Assembly: GCF_009914755.1 (NCBI RefSeq)
Contig: NC_060944.1
Length of the DNA: 64,000 nucleotides
From: the human T2T-CHM13v2.0 reference genome, Homo sapiens
Direction: 5' to 3' (one strand)
The notes beneath the pieces were generated by a model. The model was not told the origin of the DNA. It saw nothing but the letters and a program-made list of their open reading frames with translations, and searched no databases. A program made the translations under genes and the position numbers. Of the stretch, positions 62,741 to 64,000 are shown piece after piece; the first letter of the stretch is position 1; each line of letters begins with the position of its first letter.

Positions 62741-64000
62741 CAATGTCAGAAACTTTTCTGTGATGGATCTACTCAGCTAACAGAGTTGAACCTTTCTTTT
62801 GAGAGAGCAGTTTTGCAACACTCTTTTTGTGGAATATGCAAGTGGATATTAGGGCAGCTTTGAGGATTTCGTTGGAAACGGGAATACATGTAAAAAGCAG
62901 ACAGCAGCATTCTCAGAAACTTCTTTGTGATGTTTGCATTGAAGTCACAGAGTTGAACATTCCCTTTGAGAGAGCAGGTTTGAAACACGCCTTTTGTCAT
63001 ATCTGGAAGTGTCCATTCGGAGCGCATTCAGGCTTGTGTTGAAAAAGGAAATATCCTCCCATAAAAACTAGACAGAAGCATTCTCAGAAACTTATCTGTG
63101 ATGTATGTACTCAACTAACAGAACTAAACCATCGTTTTGAAGGAGCAGTTTTGAAACACTCTTTTTGCGGAATCTGCAAGTGGATATTTGGCTAGCTGGG
63201 AGGATTTCGTTGGAAACGGGATTACATACAAAAAGCAGACAGCAGCATTCTCAGAAACTTCTTTGTGATGTTTGCATTCAAGTCACAGAGTTGAACATTC
63301 CCTTTCATAGAGCAGGTTTGAAACACTCTTTTTGTAGTATCTGGATGTGGACATTTGGATCGCTTTCAGGCCTATGGTGAAAAAGGAAATATCTTCCCAT
63401 GAAAACTAGACAGAAGCATTCTCAGAAACTTATTTGTGATGTGTGCCCTCAACTGACAGTGTTGAACCTTTGTTTTGATAGAGCAGTTCTGAAACACACT
63501 TTTTGTAAAATCTGCAAGAGGATATTTGGATAGCTTTGAGGATTTCGTTGGAAACGGGAATGTCTTCATGTAAACTCTGGACAGAAGCATTCTCAGAAAC
63601 TGCTTTGGGATGTTTCAATTGAAGTCCCAGTGTTGAACATTCCCTTTCATAGAGCAGGTTTGAAACACTCTTTTTGTACTATCTGGAAGTGGACATTTGG
63701 AGCGCTTTCAGGTCTACGGTGAAAAAGGAGATATCTTCCAATAAAAACTAGATAGAAGCAATGTCAGAACTTTTTTCATGATATATCTACTCAGCAAACA
63801 GAGTTGAACCTTTCTTTTGAGAGAGCAGTTTTGAAACACTCTTTTTGTGGAATATGCAAGTGGGTATTAGGCCAGCTTGGAGGATTTCGTTGGAAACGGG
63901 AATACGTATAAAAAGCAGACAGCAGCATTGTCAGAAACTACTTTGTGATGTTTGCATTCAAGTCACAGAATTGAACACTCCCTTTCACAGAGCAGGTTTG
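62741..64000 (+). repeat. Partial HOR (M1-M8), truncated by window end
   Basis: Same monomer order as canonical units. Confidence 0.92.

Larger units (their letters stand above)
1..64000 (+). repeat. Centromeric alpha-satellite HOR array, dimeric suprachromosomal family 2-type, 16-mer (2719 bp) HOR; probably human chr20 D20Z2 (S2C20H1L)
   Basis: CATTCTCAGAAAC...GAAACACTCTTTTTGT motifs recur every ~171 bp and the CENP-B box TTTCGTTGGAAACGGGA every ~340 bp. Identical ORF-track peptides recur every 2719 bp. A-type monomers match the SF2 D2-like consensus (TTTGCATTCAAGTCACAGAGTTGAACATTCCCTTTCATAGAGCAGG...). The alpha-satellite call is near certain. The chr20 assignment (confidence ~0.8) rests on the 16-mer period plus dimeric structure. 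Confidence 0.98.

Noticed and set aside
239-63618. Short ORFs (61-84 aa) repeating on both strands
   Set aside because: They are chance open frames of alpha-satellite. Most start at TTG/GTG, they overlap on opposite strands, they appear and vanish with single SNVs, and they show no recognisable domain. They were used only as positional markers.
1-64000. CRISPR-like pattern of a conserved motif (GAAGCATTCTCAGAAACTT) at regular spacing
   Set aside because: The intervening sequences are homologous ~171-bp monomers rather than unique spacers, and there are no cas genes.
1-64000. Transposon (L1/Alu) insertion or strand inversion
   Set aside because: Every unit length is accounted for by whole monomers. 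I saw no poly-A tail, foreign sequence or reverse-strand boxes, and ORF strand patterns are constant.
1-64000. Calling this window the kinetochore site (CENP-A domain / centromere dip region)
   Set aside because: This needs chromatin or methylation data. Homogeneity and box density show only an active-type array.

Overview
The whole 64 kb is one uninterrupted, single-orientation array of primate (almost certainly human) centromeric alpha-satellite. It is built of ~171-bp monomers in an A/B dimeric alternation, with a CENP-B box in every second monomer, organised into a 2719-bp, 16-monomer higher-order repeat (HOR). A dimeric (SF2, D1/D2-like) 16-mer fits the active chromosome 20 array (D20Z2 / S2C20H1L); that assignment is from recall and was not checked by search. 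I see no genes, RNA genes, transposon insertions or inversions, and all ORFs in the track are chance frames of the repeat. I found no evidence of a new gene system. The information lies in the array's architecture. There are 24 complete HOR units: 17 canonical 16-mers, one 14-mer, two 18-mers, one 20-mer, one 10-mer and two 8-mers. The HOR has a hidden 6+6+4 monomer substructure (1018+1018+683 bp). There is also a recent 14,951-bp tandem duplication, a 1701-bp local duplication, interleaved and recombining HOR haplotypes, several CENP-B-box-breaking SNVs and clustered mutations. Monomers are labelled M1-M16, with M1 starting at CAATGTCAGAAAC (first copy at 207). All SNV calls were read by eye and need alignment to confirm.
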